Assembly (NCBI RefSeq): GCF_032444005.1
Contig: NC_091283.1
Coordinates: 37,014,001-37,078,000 of the forward strand
Direction: 5' to 3'
DNA: 64,000 bases
Source: Ranitomeya imitator
Taxonomy: Eukaryota
Part shown: in pieces, positions 33,540 to 46,672 of the stretch
Position numbering within the stretch: the stretch's first letter is position 1
Layout: each line of letters begins with the position of its first letter
Translations under genes and position numbers: made by a program
Notes under the pieces: generated by a model
Database searches by the model: none
Told to the model about the DNA's origin: nothing
The model's input: the letters and a program-made list of their open reading frames with translations, nothing else

Positions 33540-35172
33540 TTCTGGATCCGAGGGGCCGACGGACGGTGAGTATATAACTATTTTTTATTTTTCAAATTAT
33601 TTTTAACATTAGATAGGCATCATCAATAGTAAAAAGTTGGTCACACAGGGTTAATAGCAGCGTTAACGTACTTCATTGGTCGCGGCCTCTGTTTGTCATG
33701 GAATCCAAGTCACTGATTGGTCTCGCCAGCTGCCTGTCATGGCTGCCGCGACCAATCAGCGACGGGCACAGTCTGGCCGAGAATTAGTCCTTCCCTACTC
33801 CCCACAGTCAGTGCCCGCTCCGTACTCCCCTCCAGTCAGCGCTCACACAGGGTTAATGGCAACGTTAACCGCGGTGTTACGCACTCTGTTAACGCTGCTA
33901 TTAACCCTGTGTGACCAACCAGCATGAATAGTAAAAAGATCTAATGTTAAAAATAATAATAAAAAAAAAATAGTTACATACTCACCTTCCGGAGCCCCCG
34001 GATCGAAGCGGCCGGTTACCGATGCTCCTCGCGACACCCCGGTGACCGCTTCATGCATTGCGGTCTCACGAGGAGATGATGACGTGCGGTCTCGCGAGAC
34101 CGCAATGCACTCTTCAGACCGGAGCGCGCGATGAGCATCAGTAACCGGCCGCCTCGATCCGCTCCGGAAGGTGAGTATGTAACTATTTTTTATTTAAATT
34201 TTTTTTTTTTTTTAACAGGGGTATGGTGCATACTACGTGACTGGGCAATATACTACGTGACTGTGCTGTATACTACGTGGCTGGGCAATATACTACGTGA
34301 CTGTGCTGTATACTACGTGGCTGGGCAATATACTACGTGACTGGGCAATATACTACGTGACTGTGCTGTATACTACGTGGCTGGGCAATATACTACGTGA
34401 CTGGGCAATATACTACGTGGCTGAGCAATATACTACGTGGCTGGGCAATATACTACGTGGCTGGGCAATATACTACGTGGCTGGGCAATATACTACGTGG
34501 CTGGGCAATATACTACGTGGCTGGGCAATATACTACGTGGCTGTGCTGTATACTACGTGGCTGGGCAATATACTACGTGGCTGGGCAATATACTATGTGG
34601 GCTGTGCAATATACTACGTGGCTGGGCAATATACTACGTGACTGTGCTGTATACTACGTGGCTGGGCAATATACTACGTGACTGTGCTGTATACTACGTG
34701 GCTGGGCAATATACTACGTGACTGGGCAATATACTACGTGACTGTGCTGTATACTACGTGGCTGGGCAATATACTACGTGACTGGGCAATATACTACGTG
34801 GCTGAGCAATATACTACGTGGCTGGGCAATATACTACGTGGCTGGGCAATATACTACGTGGCTGGGCAATATACTACGTGGCTGGGCAATATACTACGTG
34901 GCTGGGCAATATACTACGTGGCTGGGCAATATACTACGTGGCTGGGCAATATACTACGTGGCTGGGCAATATACTACGTGGCTGGGCAATATACTACGTG
35001 GCTGGGCAATATACTACGTGGCTGTGCTGTATACTACGTGGCTGGGCAATATACTACGTGGCTGGGCAATATACTATGTGGGCTGTGCAATATACTACGT
35101 GGCTGGGCAATATACTACGTGGACATGCATATTCTAGAATACCCGATGTATTAGAATCGGGCCACCATCTAG
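33540..35172 (+). mobile_element. Non-autonomous Helitron-like element carrying an expanded 20-bp array
   Basis: The 3-prime end has a CCCGAT...ATCGGG hairpin (35142-35161) followed by CTAG|T (35169-35173). Internal palindrome of about 220 bp at 33968-34190. Left boundary approximate. Confidence 0.65.
34231..35122. repeat. 20-bp minisatellite TACTACGTGGCTGGGCAATA, about 44 copies
   Basis: Visible directly. Variant markers (CTGAGCAATA near 34421 and 34802; TACTATGTGGGCTGTGC near 34592 and 35073) show a higher-order duplication. Confidence 0.95.
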
Positions 35173-35175
35173 TAC

Positions 35176-35992
35176 ACTATATAATTGTTTAAGGGTCACT
35201 TCCGTCTTTCTGTCGAAAACTTCCGTCCCAGAAATCCTACGTCGCTGATTGGTCTCGCCAGCTGCCTGTCCTGGCTGCCACGACCAATGAGCGACGGGCA
35301 CAGTCCGGCCGAGAATTAGTCCCTCCCTACTCCCCTGCAGTCAGCGCCCGGATACTCCCCCTCCAGTCACCGCTCACACAGGGTTAATGACAGCGTTAAC
35401 GGACCGCGTTATGCCGCGGGTAACCCACTCTGTTAACGCTGCTATTAACCCTGTGTGTCCCCAACTTTTTACTATTGATGCTGCCTATGCAGCATCAATA
35501 GTAAAAAGATCTAATGTTAAAAATAATAAAAAAACAAAACCTGCTATTCTCACCTTCCGTAGTCCGCCCAGGCGCGCGCGGCTGCCCTCAGCTTCTGTTC
35601 CCAGAGATGCATTGCAAAATTACCCAGAAGACTTAGCGGTCTCGCGAGACCGCTAAGTCATCTGGGTAATTTCACAATGCATCCTGGGAACGGAAGATGG
35701 CGGCAGCCGCGCGCGCATCGGCACAGCTTCGCTGGTTCCCGGCGGGTGAGTATATACCGTAACTATTTTTTATTTTAATTATTTATTTTTTTAATAGGGA
35801 TATGGTGCACACACTGCTATATACTACATGGGCTGTGTTATATACCGCGTGGCTGCTATATACTATCTGGCCAGTGTTAGATACTATGTAGGCTGTGCTA
35901 TATATTACGTGGCCTGTGCTATATACTATGTGGCTGCTATATACATACATATTCTAGAATATCCGATGCGTTAGAATCGGGCCACCATCTAG
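35176..35992 (+). mobile_element. Second Helitron-like element, tandem to the first
   Basis: Same 3-prime hairpin plus CTAG|T (35989-35993); shares internal blocks (ctgattggtctcgccagctgcc, cacacagggttaat); carries only a few degenerate 20-bp units. Confidence 0.65.
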
Positions 35993-36481
35993 TGTAAAAT
36001 TTATATATCTATAGATAGAAAGATAGAGATATATATATTTTAATATGGTAAGTAACAAAATAAACCTGCATAATGAAATTTCTCACCAGTCATTTTTGTT
36101 TTCGGTTTCTTTTTCTCACTTGAGTAAAGATTCAGTATATACGGTACCCATGTAAAAGTATATGGTAGTTTTACTTATTTTTCAAGCAATTAAAAAAAAT
36201 TATCCTACATTACGGTATACAAAGATAGATAATAGATAGAGAGACATATACCGTATATCTATATATACCGTATATCTATCCCTCTATAAAAAGGTTAATG
36301 AGACTACTTCCGGACTACATTAAGCCTGAATTTCACGTTAGTGTGGTTTATTCCCACGATTGGATAAGGTCTGCAGACTGGATCCCTGCACTTAAATATG
36401 CTGCTCTGGTTTGTGCTCCCGAGTTTCAGGCTTTTGGGTGCGGATTACCATTTCTCGGGTCTTCGGGCGATTTGCACTTAC

Positions 36482-36588
36482 TTTGGTTCTGAGACGGGTT
36501 GGGATTCTTGATGTAGGCGGAGAATTTGGCAAAGACATCAAGTCCAGCGGTGTTTGATTCTGGGTTTTTGGCAGCCAACTTTGGGTAT
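36482..36588 (-). CDS. CLIC1: CLIC1 coding exon (107 nt)
   Basis: [35 protein letters not shown] with AG/GTAAGT boundaries; phases fit both neighbours. Confidence 0.93.
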
Positions 36589-37204
36589 CTGATGAAGAGA
36601 CGTACAGTGGGTCAGATGAAGGAATTCCTGCCTCGCGGCTCAGTAAGCATGCCCTAGTTTTCTTCTGTGCTCCATTATGTCCTGTCCACTCAACCGGATT
36701 CAAAAATCGGTCAGTAATGGCCAAAGTTTCCTCACTAGTTCTGTACAGGACATAGGGGACCTTCCAGGCTGCACTATACCCAATTTGTTGGTGACCCCCG
36801 GACTCCTAGCACCCAGGGCGCACACCTTACCAGCCCCACCTGACTGACGCTCCTGCTGGACTTTGCTGAGCTATTTTGCAAAAACAAATTTTTTTCTTTT
36901 GTTCTCAAATTCGGCACACACAAAAAAATAAGTACATTGTGCAGTTTGTGAGTCACAAGGATGGCTGCCCTTAGCCAAAGTTAGGTAGAACGAGCCAGTC
37001 TTACACCCGCGGCCTACCATCACCACAGTACAGCAGCAAGAGCCGAAGGAGACGTTTATTACTGTCCGCAGGCTCATGATTACTTAGGAGTAGCTACTGG
37101 GCAAACATTCACACACCCTGTGTCTACACCACCGTGTATAACTGTACCCATCTTTATAAATAATCCAACCATAGCCACAGGAAGAAGAGACACCTCAATC
37201 CTGG

Positions 37205-37790
37205 ATAAAACATCCTGCATTATACTCCAGAGCTGCACTCACTATTCTGCTGGTGCAGTCACTGTGTACATACATTACATTACTGATCCTGAGTTACATC
37301 CTGTATTATACCCCAGAGCTGCACTCACTATTCTGCTGGTGCAGTCACTGTGTACATACATTACATTACTGATCCTGAGTTACATCCTGTATTATACCCC
37401 AGAGCTGCACTCACTATTCTGCTGGTGCAGTCACTGTGTACATACATTACATTACTGATCCTGAGTTACATCCTGTATTATACCCCAGAGCTGTACTCAC
37501 TATTCTGCTGGTGCAGTCACTGTGTACATTACATTACTGATCCTGAGTTACATCCTGTATTATACCCCAGAGCTGCAGTCACTATTCTGCTGGTGCAGTC
37601 ACTGTGTACATACATTACTGTTCCTGCGTTACATCCTGTATTATACCCCAGAGCTGCACTCACTATTCTGCTGGTGCAGTCACTGTGCGCATACATTACA
37701 TTACTGATCCTGAGTTACATGCTGTATTATACCCCAGAGCTGCACTCACTATTCTGCTGGTGCAGTCACTGAGTACATACATTACTTATA
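37205..37790. repeat. Tandem repeat, about 86 bp unit, about 7 copies
   Basis: Unit attataccccagagctgcactcactattctgctggtgcagtcactgtgtacatacattacattactgatcctgagttacatcctgt. Confidence 0.9.
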
Positions 37791-38193
37791 CTGTACTGAT
37801 CCTATTGCAGAATATGAAGGTGAACTTTCACTTATGTTGAAAACTTTCACAAGGTGGTATCTGGTAGAGGCGGAGTGTTGTGGTGCAGGTTAGCGCTTTC
37901 ATAGCCTTGCCACACCCCGCCCACTCTGTCCCCACCTCCACAAGGCGCCAGGGCGTAAAGGAGATGCCTACCAAGAAAATCTTGGCAAATGTCACCAATC
38001 TTTTCGGCTGGGTTGGTTGGCAAGTATGGATATTACCAAAATCTAAGAAAATAATATAAGCCATATGACAAAGTTCACCACGCGGATTCAGTCCATAATA
38101 TGGTGGCAATCGCCCAACGCTAGAGGTTAATGGGGCAGAAGTATGACCTCTGTCTACAAGAACATTTTTCCCGCTTGTGACCCATATACATAC

Positions 38194-38319
38194 TTTGGGG
38201 GGGCCAGGGTCTCCTCCAGGAACTCTTCTATCTTATTGGTGTCTGTTCGGACCTCTCCTCGGAACAATAGGAAAGGCGGCTGAGCTCCGGGTGCGATATC
38301 TTTTAGGATTTCTGGTTTC
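38194..38319 (-). CDS. CLIC1: CLIC1 coding exon (126 nt)
   Basis: [41 protein letters not shown](K) with AG/GTATGT boundaries. Confidence 0.93.
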
Positions 38320-38769
38320 CTAAGAAATAAAAAGGGCAAATTAGAATTATACTGAGCGCGTTGTACGAGTGCGATTATACCACTGCATACTTCGTACAGG
38401 CCGCCAAACCTGTAAAACTGGATCTCTGAGCATTAAAGTATAATTTATAGAACAGGTTGTGACAGTAACATTGACAAAACGAAGAAGGATCCGCATAATA
38501 TACCGTAATGGCGGAGAGATGGGGGAGGGTCCAACCTCTGGGCCCCCATTTATCTGGATAAAGGGCTCTCCAAGCTTTTCCTCTTGCTGCATACTTAATA
38601 TACCTTTTACTCACACAGTTGTGGACATTTTGCAGTCCGTTTCTTGAACTGTCCCGGCAAAATAGGGACTGTGGACAAGTGAGCGTTCTGTAACAGATCT
38701 GAAGGATGAAATCCATACAAGTCATCTCTTCATTTACTATGCAAAAATGGACAGACGCCTCCCCATTCT

Positions 38770-41700
38770 TCCACAGATTGGGGAAGGTCTCACAGGTGGC
38801 TCCTCTTACTCCAATAGATAATGGTAGCACCTGCGAGACCTATATATATAGAGGGGCCCATCTCCGAGACCTTGCCCGTTTCCCCCATACCTAGAGGTGC
38901 AGCCTGTGAGACCTTCCCCATTCTCCCATAGTTGTGCCGCCTGTGAGACCTTCCCCATTCTCCCATACATAGAGGTGCCACTTGTGAGACCTTCCCCATT
39001 TTCCCATACATAGAGGTGCCACCTGTGAGACCTTCTGAGACCTTCCCCATTCTCCCATAGAGGTGCCACCTGTGAGACCTTCCCCATTTTCCCATACATA
39101 GAGGCGCCACCTGAGGGACCTTCCCCTATTCTACCATACATAGAGGCGCCACCTGAAGGACCTTCCCCTATTCTACCATACACAGAGGAGCCGCCTGTGG
39201 GACCTTCATCATTTCCCCCATACCTAGAGGTGCCGCCTGTGAGACCTTCCCCTTTTTTCCATAGAGGAGCCGCCTGTGGAACCTTCCCCATTTCCCCCAT
39301 ACATAGAGGTGCTGCCTGTGAGACCTTCCCCATTCTCCCATACATAGAGGTGCCGCCTGTGAGACCTTCTCCATTCTCCCATACTGTTATGATGCAGTGG
39401 TCTAGGAGCAACATGGAACGAGCTCTGAGGGAAGTGGTAAGTGTACTGACCGCAGACCCTAAGCTCAACACAACACTAGAAGCAGCCGTGGAATGCTCCT
39501 AACTCTCCCTAGGCATCTCGTCACAGCCTAAGAGCCAACTACCCCTGAAGACAGAAGCAGGAAAACTATCTTGCCTTAGAGAAAATCCCCAAAGGATAGA
39601 TTAGCCCCCCACAAATAATGACTGAGTGGAGAGGAAAAAGACATACACAGAATGAAACCAGGATGAGCACAGGAGGCCAGTCTAGCTTGATAGATAGGAC
39701 AGGATGGAACACTGTGCGGTCAGTATAAAACACTACAAAAATCCACGCAGAGTAAACAAAAAATCTCCACACCTGACTAAAGGTGTGGAGGGTCACTCTG
39801 CTTCCCAGAGCTTCCAGCAAGACAGAAAATAATTCAAACTGATAATGCTGGACAAACAAAGAAAGAACAGAATGGATAAGTCCACAAACTATGGACAGAA
39901 AAAGTAAGCAAAAACTTAGCTTTGCTGAACTGGTCAGGATAACAGGGAACTCCAAAGAGATGTGAATCCAACCAGGAACTATTTACAAGTGGCACTAGCT
40001 GAAGGAACAGCCAGGCTAAAATATGCGAGAGAGGAGACGATAAGTGGAGGCAGCTGAATACAGCTAACTCCAAGGAGCAGCCATACCACTTGAAACCACA
40101 AGAGGGAGCCCAAGAGCAGAACTCACAACACATACATACTGTAGATGTTCCACCTGTGAGACCTTCCCCATTTCCCCCATACATAGAGGAGCCGCCTGTG
40201 GAACCTTCCCCATTTCCCCCATACATAGAGGTGCCGCCTGTGAGACCTTCCCCATTCTCCCATACATAGAGGTGCCGCCTGTGAGACCTTCCCCGTTTTC
40301 CCATAGAAGAGCCGCCTGTGGAACCTTCCCCATTCCCCCCATACATAGAGGTGCCGCCTGTGAGACCTTCCCCATTATCCCATACATAGAGGCGCCACCT
40401 GTGAGACCTTCTCCATTCTCCCATACATAGAGGTGCCGCCTGTGAGACCTTCCCCATTCTCCCATACATAGAGGTGCCGCCTGTGAGACCTTCCCCATTC
40501 TCCCATACATAGAGGTGCCGTCTGTGAGACCTTCCCCATTCTCCCATACATAGAGGTGCCGTCTGTGAGACCTTCCCCATTCTCCCATACATAGAGGAGC
40601 CGCCTGTGGAACCTTCCCCATTTCCCCCATACATAGAGGTGCCGTCTGTGAGACCTTCTCCATTCTCCCATACATAGAGGTGCCGTCTGTGAAACCTTCC
40701 CCATTATCCCATACATAGAGGCGCCACCTGTGAGACCTTCTCCATTCTCCCATACATAGAGGTGCCGTCTGTGAGACCTTCCCCATTATCCCATACATAG
40801 AGGCGCCACCTGTGAGACCTTCCCCATTCTCTCATACATAGAGGTGCCGTCTGTGAGACCTTCTCCATTCTCCCATACATAGAGGCGCCACCTGTGAGAC
40901 CTTCTCCATTCTCCCATACATAGAGGTGCAGTCTGTGAGACCTTCCCCATTATCCCATACATAGAGGCGCCACCTGTGAGACCTTCCCCATTATCCCATA
41001 CATAGAGGTGCCGTCTGTGAGACCTTCTCCATTCTCCCATACCTAGAGGTGCCGTCTGTGAGACCTTCCCCATTATCCCATACATAGAGGTGCCGCCTGT
41101 GAGACCTTCCCCGTTTTCCCATAGAGGAGCCGCCTGTGGAACCTTCCCCATTTCCCCCATACATAGAGGTGCCGCCTGTGAGACCTTCCCCATTATCCCA
41201 TACATAGAGGTGCAGTCTGTGAGACCTTCCCCATTCTCCCATACATAGAGGTGCCGCCTGTGAGACCTTCCCTATTCTCCCATACATAGAGGTGCCGCCT
41301 GTGAGACTTTCCCCATTCTCCCATACATAGAGGTGCCGCCTGTGAGACCTTCCCCATTATCCCATACATACAGGATCCGCCTGTGAGACCTTCCCCATTC
41401 TCTCATATATACAGGAGCCGCCTGTGAGACCTTCCCCATTATCCCATACATAGAGGTGCCGTCTGTGAGACCTTCCCCATTCTCCCATACATAGAGGTGC
41501 CGCCTGTGAGACTTTCCCCATTCTCCCATACATAGAGGTGCCGCCTGTGAGACCTTCCCCATTATCCCATACATACAGGAGCCGCCTGTGAGACCTTCCC
41601 CATTCTCTCATACATACAGGAGCCGCCTGTGAGACCTTCCCCATTCTCCCATACATACAGGAGCCGTCTGTGAGACCTTCCCCATTCTCTCATACATACA

Positions 41701-44330
41701 GGAGTCGCCTGTGAGACCTTCCCCATTCTCTCATACATAGAGGTGCCGCCTGTGAGACCTTCCCCATTCTCTCATACATACAGGAGTCGCCTGTGAGACC
41801 TTCCCTATTCTCCCATACATACAGGAGCTGCCTGTGAGACCTTCCCCATTCTCCCATACATACAGGAGCCGTCTGTGAGACCTTCCCCATTATCCCATAC
41901 ATAGAGGAGTCGCCTGTGAGACCTTCCCCTATTCTCCCATACATACAGGAGCCGCCTGTGAGACCTTCCCCATTATCCCATACATAGAGGTGCCGCTTGT
42001 GAGACCTTCCCCATTATCCCATACATACTACAGGAGCCGCCTGTGAGACCTTCCCCATTATCCCATACATAGAGGAGCCGCCTGTGAGACCTTCCCCATT
42101 ATCTCATACATAGAGGTGCCGTCTGTGAGACCTTCCCCATTCTCTCATACATAGAGGTGCCGCCTGTGAGACCTTCCCCGTTTTCCCATAGAAGAGCCGC
42201 CTGTGGAACCTTCCCCATTCCCCCCATACATAGAGGTGCCGCCTGTGAGACCTTCCCCATTATCCCATACATAGAGGCGCCACCTGTGAGACCTTCTCCA
42301 TTCTCCCATACATAGAGGTGCCGCCTGTGAGACCTTCCCCATTCTCCCATACATAGAGGTGCCGCCTGTGAGACCTTCCCCATTCTCCCATACATAGAGG
42401 TGCCGTCTGTGAGACCTTCCCCATTCTCCCATACATAGAGGTGCCGTCTGTGAGACCTTCCCCATTCTCCCATACATAGAGGTGCCGTCTGTGAGACCTT
42501 CCCCATTCTCCCATACATAGAGGAGCCGCCTGTGGAACCTTCCCCATTTCCCCCATACATAGAGGTGCCGTCTGTGAGACCTTCCCCATTATCCCATACA
42601 TACAGGAGCCGTCTGTGAGACCTTCCCCATTATCTCATACATAGAGGTGCCGTCTGTGAGACCTTCCCCATTCTCTCATACATAGAGGCGCCACCTGTGA
42701 GACCTTCTCCATTCTCCCATACATAGAGGTGCCGCCTGTGAGACCTTCCCCATTCTCCCATACATACAGGATCCGCCTGTGAGACCTTCCCCATTCTCCC
42801 ATACATAGAGGAGCCGTCTGTGAGACCTTCCCCATTCTCCCATACATAGAGGAGCCGTCTGTGAGACCTTCCCCATTCTCCCATACATAGAGGAGCCGTC
42901 TGTGAGACCTTCCCCATTCTCCCATACATACAGGATCCGCCTGTGAGACCTTCCCCATTATCCCATACATACAGGAGTCGCCTGTGAGACCTTCCCCTAT
43001 TCTCCCATACATACAGGAGCCGCCTGTGAGACCTTCCCTATTCTCCCATACATACAGGAGCAGTCTATGAGACCTTCCCCATTATCCCATACATACAGGA
43101 GTCGCCTGTGAGACCTTCCCCCATTCTCCCATACATACAGGAGTCGCCTGTGAGACCTTCCCCCATTCTCCCATACATACAGGAGCCGCCTGTGAGACCT
43201 TCCCCATTATCCCATACATACTACAGGAGCCGCCTGTGAGACCTTCCCCATTCTCCCATACATACAGGAGCCGCCTGTGAGACCTTCCCCATTATCCCAT
43301 ACATAGAGGTGCCGCCTGTGAGACCTTCCCCATTCTCCCATACATACAGGAGTCGCCTGTGAGACCTTCCCCTATTCTCCCATACATAGAGGAGCCGTCT
43401 GTGAGACCTTCCCTATTCTCCCATACATACAGGAGCAGTCTATGAGACCTTCCCCATTCTCCCATACATACAGGAGTCGCCTGTGAGACCTTCCCCTATT
43501 CTCCCATACATACAGGAGCCGCCTGTGAGACCTTCCCTATTCTCCCATACATACAGGAGCAGTCTATGAGACCTTCCCCATTATCCCATACATACAGGAG
43601 TCGCCTGTGAGACCTTCCCCCATTCTCCCATACATACAGGAGCCACCTGTGAGACCTTCCCCATTCTCCCATACATAGAGGTGCCGCCTGTGAGACCTTC
43701 CCCATTCTCCCATACATAGAGGTGCCGTCTGTGAGACCTTCTCCATTATCCCATACATAGAGGAGCCGTCTGTGAGACCTTCTCCATTCTCCCATACATA
43801 CAGGAGCCGTCTGTGAGACCTTCTCCATTCTCCCATACATAGAGGTGCCGCCTGTGAGACCTTCCCCATTCTCCCATACATACAGGAGCCGTCTGTGAGA
43901 CCTTCCCCATTATCCCATACATAGAGGTGCCGCTTGTGAGACCTTCCCTATTCTCCCATACATACAGGAGCCGTCTGTGAGACCTTCCCCATTATCCCAT
44001 ACATAGAGGTGCCGCTTGTGAGACCTTCCCTATTCTCCCATACATAGAGGTGCCGCTTGTGAGACCTTCCCCATTCTCCCATACATAGAGCAGCCGCCTG
44101 TGAGACCTTCCCCATTATCCCATACATACTACAGGAGCCGCCTGTGAGACCTTCCCCATTATCCCATACATAGAGGAGCCGTCTGTGAGACCTTCCCTAT
44201 TCTCCCATACATACATACATACAGGATCCGCCTGTGAGACCTTCCCCTATTCTCCCATACATAGAGGAGCCGCCTGTGAGACCTTCTCCATTATCCCATA
44301 CATACAGGAGCCGCCTGTGAGACTTTCCAC
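38770..44330. repeat. 41-bp minisatellite array, about 115 units, in a CLIC1 intron
   Basis: Unit tgtgagaccttccccattctcccatacatagaggtgccgcc; interrupted by a solo LTR; block duplications visible. Confidence 0.95.
39385..40130 (-). mobile_element. Solo LTR related to the Gypsy LTRs at 10792 and 15759
   Basis: TG...CA; minus strand starts TGTTGTGAGTTCTGCTCTTGGGCTCCCTCTTGTGG versus TGTTGTGAATTCTGTGGCCAAGCTCCCTC; 5-bp TSD CATAC. Confidence 0.88.
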
Positions 44331-46562
44331 GACTCCACATACACATTCATGATCCCTATGACAGTGATGTAACCTCTCTCAGGGAACACAGGACTGCTGC
44401 CTACAAGGCTCCTAGACCCCCGAAAAAACTTTGTAAGACCACCCATCTTCCATTTATAATACTAGGATCCATATTGGTGTGATGTGGATGAAAGACCTAC
44501 AGACCCCTAAGGGTGTGCGACTGCTGCCCTCTAAAGATCATCTACATTTTTATAAAGAGACTTTGGTTGCAAAACTCTACATACCCCACAATAACTATCT
44601 TTTATTGTTTTAGGTATACAGCCCCTATGCAGACCAGTGTGTCTCTAGTTTTATCCTGTAGCCACGCATTAGCTCCCTTTTCTCCATCTTGTCTCCTACC
44701 ATCTGTAGAGGGGGCAGATGCAGGAGCATAACCCGACTACAGGTTTTGTTTGTAGTCTGTAACCAGGGTGACATACAGGTCTGCATAAGAGCTGTATACG
44801 TAAAACGATAGTCTGAAGACAAATTAAAAAAAAAAAATTTTTTTTGACAAGCTTGTTTTAGGATGCATTGGACACAAGGCACACGTGGTTGCAAAAGTGT
44901 ACACGCCCTTTAACTTTTCACAACTATACTTCTGTTTCTTTACTGATTTTGCAAACTGAGCGTGGAAAGGAAAACAGCAGCAGGGCCAAAAAAGGTTTCC
45001 GATGATTGAATGAATGGCTTTCGCTGATGGCAGGCAGCCACCATCTAATGGGGACGAGGGCAGAGACAGGGGTGACTCACGGCAGCGGCTCATCACACAG
45101 CACATCTCAGGGACCTGCTCTGCGCACTGCCTTCATTTCTACTGTTATTATTGCTTTTAGGCAGGTTGACCGCTCATAAAAGTGCAGAGCTGCAATGTAT
45201 GCAAAAGGTCAGCCTCTCCCCTATCCAAAATGGCTGATAACAGGGAACAATAGTTTGTATGCAAACAAACCACATAAAGCCCGAGGAAGGCCTTAAGTCA
45301 AGATAGAAGCAAATCATTCTTGCATTCTTGCATCAAGGAAGCCAATGCATTCACCCCCTTAGTGACGTAGCTAATTTTGACCTTCCTGACCAGGCCAAAT
45401 TTTGAAATCTGACCAGTGTCACTTTATGGGGTAATAACTCTGGAACACATTCAGATCCCACTGATTCTGAGACCCCATCACTGATCGAAGGGGAGACCAG
45501 CGCTCACTGGGCACCGCCATCACGTGTCGTTCCACCGCATCACAGCCCCGAGACTAGGGGACTGGAAAATATGGCCCCGATTGTGTTTTCCAGGGCATCA
45601 GCTACCTAGCAGAGATCCCGCAGATTTTTTTTTAACTTTGGGCGGGGAAGGCGATATACCCTTATTCCTGGTTGCCGTTTGAAAACAGCGATGAGGGAAT
45701 AAGGCTCCTTAGCGGCTGCCGTTTTAATGTGTATCAGAGGTCGTTTAGGGGTTAATTAACTCTCCTCTTTACGCAATTTGCGATAATCATTTAACCTGAT
45801 TTTCATAAGTGCAGCTCTTACTAGCGCCTCTCGGTGGTTCTTTCGTAAGCCTCTACAGCTCCTTTTGGTACGGTTCCTCTTCGGGGAATGGGTATAGGAA
45901 GCGCAGCAGAACTCCTTGGTGGATACCTGCTGCTTGTTTGGTGTTATTCCTGCAGCGCAAAAAAATGTACCACCAACTCTCGTCATATCCCTGTGGTACC
46001 ACAACTGGAAACGCTGCTTGATTTAGTTTATCGGAAAAAAAAAAATTGGTGGGAGGCTCCCATATTGGTGCCATATTGCAAAGGTTAATTGGAGCAGGGC
46101 ACAACCAAGTCCGTGATTCCCTTAGTTTTCAGTAGGCTGCCTTTCTACTTATTGGTTGGATACGATTGCCAAACGGTCATCGGTGACCCCTTTATTCCCG
46201 GCTATAGAGTTGGGACCTCATCCAGCGTCCAGTCTGGTGTTCCACAATGGCCGGATCAGGGCAGTTTTTACATCTGTGGCTGGCATCTAACACTTACAAG
46301 CCCATGCAATGTCATGACGTCGCAGAGTGTAATAAGTGAGGATGCCAACTGGAGACGTGAGGACTACCCTCATCTAGATGGCAATGAGGACCGAACATGA
46401 CTTAAGACCAGAGCAGAACAAGTCTTTTTTGTTCAGCTCTACTGGCCAACCATTTCTGCTCCACATACCCGGATCACAAGGTCTGGCCAGGGCAGTAAGG
46501 GTGAAGGGTTGTGCCCACTTAGGTTCCTAAAAGTTCTTGATTAGACACCAACAGTTCCTCAC

Positions 46563-46672
46563 CTTTTCATATCGACAGTGGTGACATTGAACGTGACTCC
46601 TTTCAACCAGAGGACCATGAAGAGACGCTGGGAAAAGGGACAATTTCCAATGGTCTGTCCATCAGAGCCCGC
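46563..46672 (-). CDS. CLIC1: CLIC1 coding exon (110 nt) with the CPFS redox motif
   Basis: [36 protein letters not shown](R) with AG/GTGAGG boundaries. The five exons give 228 aa; adding the usual 13-aa first exon would give 241 aa, the length of human CLIC1. Confidence 0.93.

Noticed and set aside
34297-35192. Trp/Tyr-rich repeat ORFs
   Set aside because: Translations of the 20-bp array.
38770-44330. CRISPR-like array, or long ORFs (MYGRMGKVSQAAPLC...) in the 41-bp repeat
   Set aside because: Units are contiguous with no unique spacers and no cas genes, in a eukaryotic intron; the ORFs arise because some frames of the unit lack stops.
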